Positions 1-8,768 of a stretch of 64,000 nucleotides of DNA are shown here, piece by piece; positions within the stretch are counted from its first letter, which is position 1, and each line of letters begins with the position of its first letter. The DNA comes from Coxiellales bacterium. Its GTDB lineage: Bacteria > Pseudomonadota > Gammaproteobacteria > CBDETP01. The notes under the pieces are model-generated. The model did no database searches and was not told the origin of the DNA. It worked only from the letters and a program-made list of their open reading frames with translations. Position numbers and translations under genes: made by a program. The stretch is from contig CBDETP010000009.1 of NCBI GenBank assembly GCA_965242995.1, positions 645-64,644 on the forward strand, in the 5' to 3' direction.

Positions 1-182
1 TTGCTCAAAATTTCATCTTATTTAAGATTTCCTTAAGGATTAAATTTTGACGTAGGGCTCCTTTTTCGTTACTTCAAGTACAATATTACTGCATTTTAAT
101 TAAATTGTAAAGTATTTGTGCAGTATATCCTTGGATTTTGTTGTTTTTTTTTCCATTTTTCTTTTATTGTTGTTTTTGTTCA

Positions 183-1223
183 CTATTGACTAATCGCAGT
201 TGCCAGCATTGCATACGAACCGTACATCCATAGGATTCCCGCAGCCGTTAAGAAAAGTGCTGCTACATTAAAGACATTAGCTAAAATAGTCATTTTACTT
301 TTTAACGATTTATACGTTATATCTGCCATGGATTCATATATTTTCTCTTGATTTTCCTCATCGACAAAGCGAGAAATTAAATCCAAATCATTAATTTGTT
401 CATCGCTAAATAACCCTTGATCCATGGCTTCTCCCATGTTTTGCTGTCCGGATGATATAGCCTGATACATTTTGCTATAGCAGTGATTAAGGAAGCCTTT
501 TTTGTGTTGTCTTTTTAAAATATTAATAATCTCAGGAGTACCAATGCCATTTCTAGACAAAAGAGACATTATTTTTAGTGTTTTATAAGAGTTTATAGCT
601 TTATAGACAGGCATAAAAGGGACGGCTATTTTCATTAGTAAGCTTTTCTTATTATAATAAATAATACTATAGCGAATGAAAAAGCTCATTATAATTAAAA
701 ATCCTATTATTATTTGATAGTTATAATAGATGAATTTAGAAAAAGCGAACAAATAAAGAGACATGTCAGGCCATACTTCAACATATTCACCAATAGTAGG
801 AAGAAATCTAGTTCCAATAATGGCAATAAAGCTAAGAACGGCGATTAAATAAAATATTCCAGTAAAACACTTTCCCAAAGGAGATAAAAAGTTTTTAGTT
901 GAGTTCAGGTACTCAATAGAATTTTTAAGCCCTTCTGCTAAAGCCCCTTTTTCTTCAGATATTTTTATAATTTCACAAATAGAATGGGGAAACCAATCAC
1001 TCATTTCATGCATTATTTTTTTACCCTCAGACGAGTTTCTTATCATTTTTTCACAGGAAAGAGACAAGCCTTTCTGACGTTTTTTATCATAAATTTTTTT
1101 CATGTTTATCAAGGCATCTGTAGCAGGAACTCCGGCAGAAACCAATTGATAAAGGTGAGATAAAAGCCTTGTCTGGCTGCCTCGCCTAAAACCCATTCTT
1201 TCAAGTTTTTTAGTAAATGACAT
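183..1223 (-). CDS. Type IV pilus/T2SS inner-membrane platform protein (GspF/PilC family; positional equivalent of R64 PilR)
   Basis: 346-aa polytopic membrane ORF with a GspF-type cytoplasmic domain (..EIIKISEEKGALAEGLKNSIEYL..). It starts 11 nt downstream of the GspE-type ATPase gene on the same strand. Confidence 0.8.
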   Translation of the reverse strand: MSFTKKLERMGFRRGSQTRLLSHLYQLVSAGVPATDALINMKKIYDKKRQKGLSLSCEKMIRNSSEGKKIMHEMSDWFPHSICEIIKISEEKGALAEGLKNSIEYLNSTKNFLSPLGKCFTGIFYLIAVLSFIAIIGTRFLPTIGEYVEVWPDMSLYLFAFSKFIYYNYQIIIGFLIIMSFFIRYSIIYYNKKSLLMKIAVPFMPVYKAINSYKTLKIMSLLSRNGIGTPEIINILKRQHKKGFLNHCYSKMYQAISSGQQNMGEAMDQGLFSDEQINDLDLISRFVDEENQEKIYESMADITYKSLKSKMTILANVFNVAALFLTAAGILWMYGSYAMLATAISQ

Positions 1224-1234
1224 AATACCGCCTA

Positions 1235-2734
1235 TTAGTAGATGAATTCGTTTTTTTCATTTTTTTCACTAGACTTTAGTGAAAACACATCAATTTCTCC
1301 TGATATGATATCTTTCTTTATCCTTTTGTCAATATTCATGAAATTGTTTTTTTCTAGATATTTTTCCCAGCCACGAATGTCCATTTTAGCAATAAATTCT
1401 CTGCCTATTTTGTCAAGCTTAATAACTTCAGCATAAACCTTTCTGTTTGTAATTCCTGTTCCATTACAGTTAGGGCAGTTTTTGTTGATAGAAACTGTTT
1501 TTATAGTTGATAATTCCTCTTGGCTATACTGATCACTTAAGTTAGCTTTTTCATCCGTAGTTAATGATCTTGAGCATTTTTTACAGAGCTGGGGATGAAG
1601 TTGTTGGGCTATGATCATTTTTAACATGCCAGGTGTTGCTAAGTTTGCTGCTGGCACACCAAGTTCGTTTAATCGCATGATGGCATTAACGGCATGTTTT
1701 GTATGCAGCGTTGATACAATCAAGTGTCCTGTAAGTGCGCCCTGTATAGATACTTTAGCCGTTTCTGTGTCTCTAATCTCACCAACCATAATAACATCAG
1801 GATCTGATCGGAGTAGGGCGCGTAGGTAGTGAGCAAAGTTTTTCTTATCATTTCTAGTGTCAATAGGGCACTGCTCAACATTATCAATGTATATTTCCAC
1901 AGGATCTTCAATGCTGTATGTGGATTTTCTCGGATCAATTTCGCTTAAAACACTAGCAAGAGACGTTGTTTTACCACTTCCAGTTTCACCACAAAACAAG
2001 ACTAAACCACTGCCAATGTTTTTAATTTCTTTTAATAATTCTTGCTGATCAACAGCATAACCTAATTTTTCTAGGGTGGGGGCCCTAAACTTACCAATGG
2101 ACAATAACCGATAAACAATTTTACAGCCGCCTTCTTTGGTGCCAATGTTTGATGATCTGATTCTGATATTACCTAATGACTCAAAATTTTCAGTGAAAGA
2201 CATGTCTTGCGGCAAGCTCATTGAGAATGAATCTTGTTTGTTTGTAGATAGATGGTTGTAAGCAACACTATGAACTTTAACACCCGTTTCACTGTCCCAT
2301 ATGGTATAAGGAATTAATTGCCCATTTACCCTAAACTTAATCTCAGCCTGATTGCTTTTTTGATTAATAATCATGTGAATATCTGAGGCATTCATTTCTG
2401 CTGCATTATGAATCAGCTGTCTAAGCTGATTGTGACTTTTTGATATTTCATCTTTTTTGATATTCTTGATCGAATTTATTTTTAATTCTCGTATGATGCT
2501 TGCAGATGTTTTTATTATGCTTCCGTGTTTTAAGCCATGGTAGCCCATGTGTTTTTTACATTCATTAACATCTGATGATATTGGATCTGACGATAGAATG
2601 TCTCCATTGGTTAGGACGACAATATCAGATTTACTGTTACACCAGTCAAGCATAATTGCGTCAATGCTGTGGCTTATTTCACCAATATCTTCGATGTGGT
2701 CAATATTTTTTTTAGTGTTATTTTTAATTTTCAT
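1235..2734 (-). CDS. GspE/PilB-family secretion ATPase (positional equivalent of R64 PilQ)
   Basis: Walker A GETGSGKTT, Asp-box/Walker B LRSDPDVIMVGEIRD, His box GHLIVSTLHT, and a C-terminal tetracysteine motif CKKC..CPNC. Confidence 0.9.
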   Translation of the reverse strand: MKIKNNTKKNIDHIEDIGEISHSIDAIMLDWCNSKSDIVVLTNGDILSSDPISSDVNECKKHMGYHGLKHGSIIKTSASIIRELKINSIKNIKKDEISKSHNQLRQLIHNAAEMNASDIHMIINQKSNQAEIKFRVNGQLIPYTIWDSETGVKVHSVAYNHLSTNKQDSFSMSLPQDMSFTENFESLGNIRIRSSNIGTKEGGCKIVYRLLSIGKFRAPTLEKLGYAVDQQELLKEIKNIGSGLVLFCGETGSGKTTSLASVLSEIDPRKSTYSIEDPVEIYIDNVEQCPIDTRNDKKNFAHYLRALLRSDPDVIMVGEIRDTETAKVSIQGALTGHLIVSTLHTKHAVNAIMRLNELGVPAANLATPGMLKMIIAQQLHPQLCKKCSRSLTTDEKANLSDQYSQEELSTIKTVSINKNCPNCNGTGITNRKVYAEVIKLDKIGREFIAKMDIRGWEKYLEKNNFMNIDKRIKKDIISGEIDVFSLKSSEKNEKNEFIY

Positions 2735-2752
2735 TAATATTTCCTCACTTTT

Positions 2753-3415
2753 TTATATAAGTTCCATATTGTTTGACAGGGTTATATTTCTTGTTTTTTT
2801 GGTTTTTTCGTCAATTAGAAATATTGAATCCTTTGTAATTTTATCGATAATAATGTCACTATTTTCAATCTTACTATCTCTGCCAACATCACTTGTTTTT
2901 TTATCAATGGTTATTGTCGCCTTGTAAGAACTTTTGTCTGCATAAATAAGATTAAGCTTTATTCTTTGTATTAGGCTTTCTCCGACCTTGTCGTTGTGAA
3001 TTATTTTTCCCGAAGACCCTGATATTTCACTTAATTTTTTTCTTGACTCATGAAGTTCTAGCTTTGCTTTATTGAGTTCAAGCTCCATGTTAATTTCTTT
3101 CATTTTTATTGAGTAGTTGTCTATATTCTTAATTGCTTTTTTATCCCCGGTAGATTCGACATTTACTCCATTTTTATTGCTCAATGGAAAAATTGTTTTT
3201 TTCACAGGAGAGGGGGTTGTATTTTTATTCAATGAAGGAATGTTGTTCTTCTGCACGTTCAGACGAGGTGTTTTACTTGTTGTTTTTGTTATAGAGTCAT
3301 GTTCAGCTAGCGCATTATGTTTTTTCAGGTCAGGCGCATTACTGAATGCCAATGGCGATACTAGAAAAAACCCCAATGTTGTAAATATAGCTATTTTTAT
3401 TTTGTTATTTTTCAT
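2753..3415 (-). CDS. PilP-like secreted pilus-assembly protein (function tentative)
   Basis: Signal peptide (IAIFTTLGFFLVSPLAFSNA), K/N-rich coiled-coil middle, C-terminal beta-rich domain. Position matches pilP in IncI1-type clusters. I prefer ATG 3415 (GGAG upstream) to the TTG at 3433 used by the ORF track. Confidence 0.45.
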   Translation of the reverse strand: MKNNKIKIAIFTTLGFFLVSPLAFSNAPDLKKHNALAEHDSITKTTSKTPRLNVQKNNIPSLNKNTTPSPVKKTIFPLSNKNGVNVESTGDKKAIKNIDNYSIKMKEINMELELNKAKLELHESRKKLSEISGSSGKIIHNDKVGESLIQRIKLNLIYADKSSYKATITIDKKTSDVGRDSKIENSDIIIDKITKDSIFLIDEKTKKTRNITLSNNMELI

Positions 3416-3422
3416 CTCTATT

Positions 3423-4556
3423 TTACTCCCCAATAATCTTAAAGTTTATCTCGCCAGAAAAAAGCCCCAATGTCAAACTTCCTGTCATTCCAGTCATTTT
3501 TACAGGATATTTTTGTAAAAATGATATTTCTTCTGGTATAACACTTACAGGGTATTCGGTTAGTTTCATGGAAAACCCCTGAGTTTTGTGCGTATTTTTT
3601 CCACTCTCCTTATTAGAGAATTGCACATTAATGTCATTTTTCACTGCATATTTGTCTATTAATAATGACCGTACTTCATCTATTTTGTATATTTCCTTGT
3701 GATTTTCTTTTTTGTTGATTATTATTTTCTTCTCTATACTGAATTCATTTTTATTCCATTTGTTTAATTTGAATCCTTTCTCTTTTGACCAGAATAATAT
3801 TTGTTTCGTTGGGATCCCATTGTTTGCCATGTCTATTAATATTTTATCATTCGAGTAGGTTATTTTTTTAATCACGGCTTTGTCAAGAAGTCTTGCTGGC
3901 GATAAAGCATGGTTTATTTTCTCTGCAATTTCTCCAGGCATGGCGAAAAACATATCGCGTTTGTATTTATTCCATTTATCAGTCGTGGCTTCGAATTTTT
4001 TATGAACTTGAATATCTTTTGCTTCGAATGATTTAAATGAAAAAACAACCAAAACTGACAATATAGCCAGGCTTAAGAAAGCATAAGAAGCATGTCTTAT
4101 CTTTGCTTCTAATTGTATTCTTTTGATCGGCTTTAGTTGAGCAATGTTTTTCTTGAAAGTCCCGATCACTTCTATCGACTTATTTTTAACGTCTCCTTTA
4201 TATGGGTTTTCTCCCTTGTAATAAAATACCACTCCATTATTAATTTTAAATGAATATTTTTCTATTATGTTCCCTACATTTTCCTTAAGAACTTCCTCAG
4301 ATAATAATATTTTTTCATTAATGCATATTAACAAAAAAACATGGTAATTATCTGTTTCTGATGAGTATATGAAGCTGCTGTCAGATATATTATTTATAAC
4401 AGTATCTTGATATGACTCTCCATCAGACTTAGATAGTGAAATATGATTTTTTGCAATATAAGCAAAAGAGCTGGCATGATCTTTCAGGAGCGATGAAGCT
4501 TCTGACTTTTTCATGCCAACAGTTGTTATGCTGTATATTTCAAAATTCTTTTTCAA
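3423..4556 (-). CDS. PilO-like bitopic inner-membrane pilus-assembly protein (function tentative)
   Basis: 377-aa ORF with a single central TM helix (ASYAFLSLAILSVLVVFSF). It lies between the secretin and PilP-like genes with 4-7 nt gaps. The functional call rests on position only. Confidence 0.45.
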   Translation of the reverse strand: MKKNFEIYSITTVGMKKSEASSLLKDHASSFAYIAKNHISLSKSDGESYQDTVINNISDSSFIYSSETDNYHVFLLICINEKILLSEEVLKENVGNIIEKYSFKINNGVVFYYKGENPYKGDVKNKSIEVIGTFKKNIAQLKPIKRIQLEAKIRHASYAFLSLAILSVLVVFSFKSFEAKDIQVHKKFEATTDKWNKYKRDMFFAMPGEIAEKINHALSPARLLDKAVIKKITYSNDKILIDMANNGIPTKQILFWSKEKGFKLNKWNKNEFSIEKKIIINKKENHKEIYKIDEVRSLLIDKYAVKNDINVQFSNKESGKNTHKTQGFSMKLTEYPVSVIPEEISFLQKYPVKMTGMTGSLTLGLFSGEINFKIIGE

Positions 4557-4560
4557 TTTC

Positions 4561-6090
4561 TTACCTTATTATTGTTGGTTGTATTAAAATTATCATCTCT
4601 TTTTGGTTTGATAATTGCTTTTTATTCCCTAAAGCATCAATGTAAAAGTTTTTTGATGAGTCCTCAGAGTTTTCCTTTGTTTTTAATCCGCTCATGACGA
4701 TCAAGTGATTATTTTCCACCATCACTTGCTGATTAAAGGTTTTTGAACTTATTTCTGGCAGTTGAAGATGTAAGTCCGTTCCTTTTTTTCCTGATCCGTA
4801 GGATTTAGTCTTCAAGTTAACTAAGTTAGATAATGCACCATCAATTGTCATGTATACTTTATCACCTTTAATATGTGGGATAAGCGTTAGCTTTAGCCCT
4901 GTTGATATATTACCAGGCGTTACCGCATAATTTGTTGTGTCTAACCCCATTCCTTGGTTTTGCTGCTGAAGGCTAGTTGATTTTATATAGGCAGTATTAT
5001 TTGTAACCGATATTGTGCTCGGCGTATTATTCAGCGTGGTTACCGTAGGTTCATTAACAACCGTTGTTTTCCCTTGTGTGCTGAATACATTAATTAAGCC
5101 TGAGCTTCCTTTAAATGCACCTGAAATAATGTTGGGAGTATCAGAGTCATTGTTTTGACCTAATTGATAGCCAGGCACATTTGGGTTTGTGTTGCCAATA
5201 AGCCCACCATAACCAATACCTTTATATACCAAGCTCCAATCAATCCCATATTGATGGCTTTTGTCTAAGTGAATTTCAATAATCTTAACTTTAATTGAAA
5301 CTCTTTTTGATAAATTTTTATTATACTTTTTCAAAAAGTTTGATATTTTTCTCATGTTAAGAGGTTTGTCTGTGACAGTAATAGAGCTATCAGATTGGTT
5401 TATATTGTATTGACCATCTTTAGATAATAATGTTTTTATTGTTTTAGTCATGTCAGCCCACACATCAACTTTACCCGTCAATGAGTTCTGCGCACCATTT
5501 TCCGTAATACCACCTTCAGCAGTATTGTCATTATTATTGTTATTATTATTGTTATTGTTATTGTTGCTATTATCATTCCCTAGCATAAAAGAAGTGCTTC
5601 CAGGAAGATAGGCAATATTAAATGTTTTAGTCTCCATATCAGACCAAGACACAGTGTTTTGATCGGCATTGTCTATTGAAAAATGCATGTCATTTTTAGC
5701 AACTATTTGTTTAAAAGCATCTAATAGTGATCCTTTGAAGTTAATGTTAATGAGCTTTTGTGCTATAGCATCATTATAAATAAAATTTATTCCACTGTTC
5801 TTAGTCATTCTATTCATGACTTGAACTAGAGGCTGTTGATAAGCAGACATCTCTACCTGTTTTTTAGTCCAGCTTGGCATTATTATATGAGCACTTTGAT
5901 TAATATATCTTCCATCGTTGACTGAAAAAGAAGATTGTTGATTCATGCCTTTAATGCTTTGTGAAATGGCTTTTTTACCTTGCTCATAAGCAGTATTGTT
6001 GCTTTTCGTCATTGAAGGACTACTGCATCCTGCCAATGAAGATATAGCAATAGAAATAGTTATTGTTGATAATAATTTTTTATTCTTCAT
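4561..6090 (-). CDS. Outer-membrane secretin lipoprotein of a type IVb pilus (PilN/BfpB/TcpC-like)
   Basis: Lipobox SSLAGC after a basic N-terminus. C-terminal secretin-like region ending ..KEMIILIQPTIIR. GAGGG RBS 8 nt before ATG 6090 (alternative ATG at 6114). Contains a poly-Asn tract. Confidence 0.8.
   Translation of the reverse strand: MKNKKLLSTITISIAISSLAGCSSPSMTKSNNTAYEQGKKAISQSIKGMNQQSSFSVNDGRYINQSAHIIMPSWTKKQVEMSAYQQPLVQVMNRMTKNSGINFIYNDAIAQKLININFKGSLLDAFKQIVAKNDMHFSIDNADQNTVSWSDMETKTFNIAYLPGSTSFMLGNDNSNNNNNNNNNNNNDNTAEGGITENGAQNSLTGKVDVWADMTKTIKTLLSKDGQYNINQSDSSITVTDKPLNMRKISNFLKKYNKNLSKRVSIKVKIIEIHLDKSHQYGIDWSLVYKGIGYGGLIGNTNPNVPGYQLGQNNDSDTPNIISGAFKGSSGLINVFSTQGKTTVVNEPTVTTLNNTPSTISVTNNTAYIKSTSLQQQNQGMGLDTTNYAVTPGNISTGLKLTLIPHIKGDKVYMTIDGALSNLVNLKTKSYGSGKKGTDLHLQLPEISSKTFNQQVMVENNHLIVMSGLKTKENSEDSSKNFYIDALGNKKQLSNQKEMIILIQPTIIR
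5527..5577 (-). repeat. AAT/AAC codon run encoding a poly-Asn tract (NDNSNNNNNNNNNNNNDN) inside the secretin
   Basis: The plus strand reads attattattgttattattattgttattgttattgttgctattatc, a near-perfect trinucleotide repeat. Confidence 0.9.
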
Positions 6091-6104
6091 TTTCTTCCCT
6101 CTTA

Positions 6105-6680
6105 TTATTTGCACGAACTTGTGTTACTAATACAGATAACTCTATTGCCATTCCATACAGTGGTATTAAGTTTGTATAGACCTAATATGTTATGCAGTAT
6201 TCCTAGATCATTTTTTCCTGTTATGTCCTCATTGCCAATCCAGTTGAAATCAGCTTTTAATCCCGAATCAATATCAGTGACTTTCCAAATAATGGTGTAA
6301 TTAAATTTTTTTCCAAATTTTTCAATATTGTCTTTAAGTGATCCACCTTTTACAGTAAATGAAATATTATTATTTGTTGTTATCTTGTCTTGTGTGTTTT
6401 CTTTATGAATTTCTTGGTTTGTCATCATGCTTGATTCCATCGGTCTTTCTGTTTCGGTAATAAATGCTCCTTTCGAAAGATCCTCTTTTTGCAATTCAAT
6501 TTCCGCTTGATCATGGCTGTCATGTTCTTTTGCTATGCTTTTGTTGGTGCACGAGACTGAATCACAAGCTGCTGCCTGTGTAACAAGTTGATTATTCTGC
6601 ATTGGGGCAGCAATGGCTGTTTGATTGCCTACTATAAGTGCTAGGCTAGTAATGCTGGCTAATGTGACTAATCTTTTCAT
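6105..6680 (-). CDS. TcpQ/PilM-like periplasmic pilus-biogenesis protein; first visible gene of the operon
   Basis: Signal peptide (LALIVGNQTAIAAP). The C-terminal segment FTVKGGSLKDNIEKFGKKFNYTIIWKV..NGNRVICIS resembles, as I recall it, the TcpQ-type domain found next to type IVb secretins. In the track's 6114-start reading, the secretin ORF overlaps it by 10 nt. Confidence 0.5.
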   Translation of the reverse strand: MKRLVTLASITSLALIVGNQTAIAAPMQNNQLVTQAAACDSVSCTNKSIAKEHDSHDQAEIELQKEDLSKGAFITETERPMESSMMTNQEIHKENTQDKITTNNNISFTVKGGSLKDNIEKFGKKFNYTIIWKVTDIDSGLKADFNWIGNEDITGKNDLGILHNILGLYKLNTTVWNGNRVICISNTSSCK

Positions 6681-6976
6681 AAAAACCTCTTTTAATTCAA
6701 ATGACTACAGGACTTGCAGGCGAAGGAATCTTTTCCTGGTCGCTATAAGCTTTCCTTAATGTTTCTATTTTTGTAAGTTATTGATTCTATTGATTTTTGC
6801 TGTTTTTTCTTTATTTAATGTACCTTAACTATACATTATGTACACACCAATGTCCAGCTTTTGACCAATATGCTTGTATTTAAGGCATTGAAATTTTACT
6901 TTTTATTTTGCTTTGATTGTCTATACTGGGTAGACATGTAACAGTTGTGCGGATTACAAATTATGGAGGGGTTATT

Positions 6977-7555
6977 ATGGGATTATTAACGTGGATTTTG
7001 GTTATTTTAGGTGTGCTCGCTGTTTATGGTGTTACTATTTATAACGCCTTAATTGCGATGATTGAAAGCGTAAAAAACAATGAAAAACAGATTGATATTC
7101 AACTAGATAGAAGATATAAGGTTTTTGAGTCTTTAATAAATGTTGTTAAAAAATACATGGATTATGAAAAGAGTACACTAAAAGATGTGGTCGCCTTGCG
7201 TAATCAAGCGCAGACAGCAAAGTCAGCTGGCGATGGCAGCGCAAGAATAGCCGCTGAAAATAAAATATCACAAATTGCTGGTGGCATTAATGCGGTATTT
7301 GAGCAATATCCAGACCTAAAAGCTGATAAAAATGCGATGCAATTGCAGGAAGAAATTGTCAATACTGAAAACAAGCTAACTTATGCAAAACAAGCATTTA
7401 ATGACAGCATAGAGCGTTATAATGCTAAAAAGAAATCGCTTTTCCCTTCAGTTATTGTAGGCATAGCATCAAGCAAGCTTGATTTCAACTTTCCTTATTG
7501 GCAGCTGGATGCCGCAGATATTAAGTCAAAAGAAGACTATAAGGTTGACTTATAA
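6977..7555 (+). CDS. lemA: LemA family membrane protein
   Basis: N-terminal TM helix followed by ..YNALI..VKNNEKQIDIQLDRRY..LRNQAQ..YPDLKAD..LQEEI..TENKL..A...FN..IERYN, the typical LemA pattern. GGAGGG RBS 7 nt before ATG 6977. Confidence 0.85.
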   Translation: MGLLTWILVILGVLAVYGVTIYNALIAMIESVKNNEKQIDIQLDRRYKVFESLINVVKKYMDYEKSTLKDVVALRNQAQTAKSAGDGSARIAAENKISQIAGGINAVFEQYPDLKADKNAMQLQEEIVNTENKLTYAKQAFNDSIERYNAKKKSLFPSVIVGIASSKLDFNFPYWQLDAADIKSKEDYKVDL

Positions 7556-7591
7556 AAAGTACAAATTGGTTAATTATTCTGGAATTTAAAA

Positions 7592-8647
7592 ATGACAGAT
7601 AAAATTAGTGACTTTAAACAAACCGCAACAGACTGGCGTGCTCAGCTGAAGTTGAATAACAAAAGAACTTGGCTTGTTATGGGGACTTTTGTTTTAATTT
7701 ATTTGTCTTTAGGCGTTTTAATAGATTTGCTGATTTACTCAGGTCAATATCCTCATGCGAGCCTTTGGCAAATTAGCAAAGCACTGTTTACGCTTCATTT
7801 AACGCCATTTGCCACGATTATTACTGCTATTATTGCCGTCATTTCTATTTTTGTAACCTTATCTTATCATGATAAATTAATGTTACTTGGTACTAAATAT
7901 CATGAAGTAACCGGTGAAAATGCTGACAACCTAGCTGAAACACAGCTTTACAATGTTGTTGAAGAAATGAAAGTTGCTGCAGGGTTGAGATACGTGCCAA
8001 AAGTTTATGTGATTGATGCTGATTACATGAATGCATTCGCCAGTGGCTATAGTGAAAAGTCAGCGATGATTGCTGTTACCAAGGGCTTGCTTCATAATTT
8101 AAATAGGGCGGAGTTGTGTGCTGTGGTTGCCCATGAGATGAGTCATATTAGACATGGGGATATAAAGTTGACGCTTGTTGCTTCCGTGCTGGCAAACTTA
8201 CTTTTAATTATTATTGATATTTTATTTTATAGTGTTATTTTTTCTAATAACCGTCAAAATAACAGCAATAAAAATCAATTAGTCATTGTCGTTATTGTGC
8301 TTCGTTACGCGCTTCCTTTAATTACAGTATTATTAATGCTGTATTTAAGCCGAACGCGTGAATATATGGCCGATGCTGGCTGTGTTGAGTTGATGCGAGA
8401 TAATGAGCCGCTGGCAAGTGCTTTATTGAAAATCAGGCAAGGTAGCGAAGAGAACAAAGAAAAGTTTGCAGAAGATTATCAAAAAACCCCACACGAAGCT
8501 GTCCGGCGAGCAGCCTATATTTTTGACCCTATCCAGGCTGGCATTGAGCCAGTTAAATCCTTATCAGATAGCTTTTCAACGCATCCAGGCATATTGAAGC
8601 GCTTGGCTGCTATTGGTTTTACTAAGCCAGAAAAAGAAAAATCCTAA
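7592..8647 (+). CDS. M48-family Zn metalloprotease, HtpX-like
   Basis: HEMSHIRHGD (HExxH) between TM helices, further TM helices, and a downstream ..REYMADAG.. segment. Confidence 0.85.
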   Translation: MTDKISDFKQTATDWRAQLKLNNKRTWLVMGTFVLIYLSLGVLIDLLIYSGQYPHASLWQISKALFTLHLTPFATIITAIIAVISIFVTLSYHDKLMLLGTKYHEVTGENADNLAETQLYNVVEEMKVAAGLRYVPKVYVIDADYMNAFASGYSEKSAMIAVTKGLLHNLNRAELCAVVAHEMSHIRHGDIKLTLVASVLANLLLIIIDILFYSVIFSNNRQNNSNKNQLVIVVIVLRYALPLITVLLMLYLSRTREYMADAGCVELMRDNEPLASALLKIRQGSEENKEKFAEDYQKTPHEAVRRAAYIFDPIQAGIEPVKSLSDSFSTHPGILKRLAAIGFTKPEKEKS

Positions 8648-8768
8648 GCTTTTTTCTGTTTTAATTGCTTCCTTAGTTTTCTCCTGTAAATTTCCTCATG
8701 CGAGTTTTTTTTTATCTGCTAGACTTAAGATTAGGGTTTGCATTTAGCGGCTGGAGGAGGGTGCTGAT

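Noticed and set aside
1-182. Looked for the start of the expected downstream pilin gene (minus strand) in the first 182 nt
   Set aside because: Only a 17-codon ORF (MEKKTTKSKDILHKYFTI) and an RBS-like AAGGAG with no convincing start are present. No gene can be called from this fragment.
6814-6834. tTTAATGTAccTTAACTAT upstream of lemA looks like a PmrA-type tandem box
   Set aside because: The half-site spacing is off by one, the second half is degenerate (TTAAC), and no -10 hexamer follows at the expected 7-nt distance.
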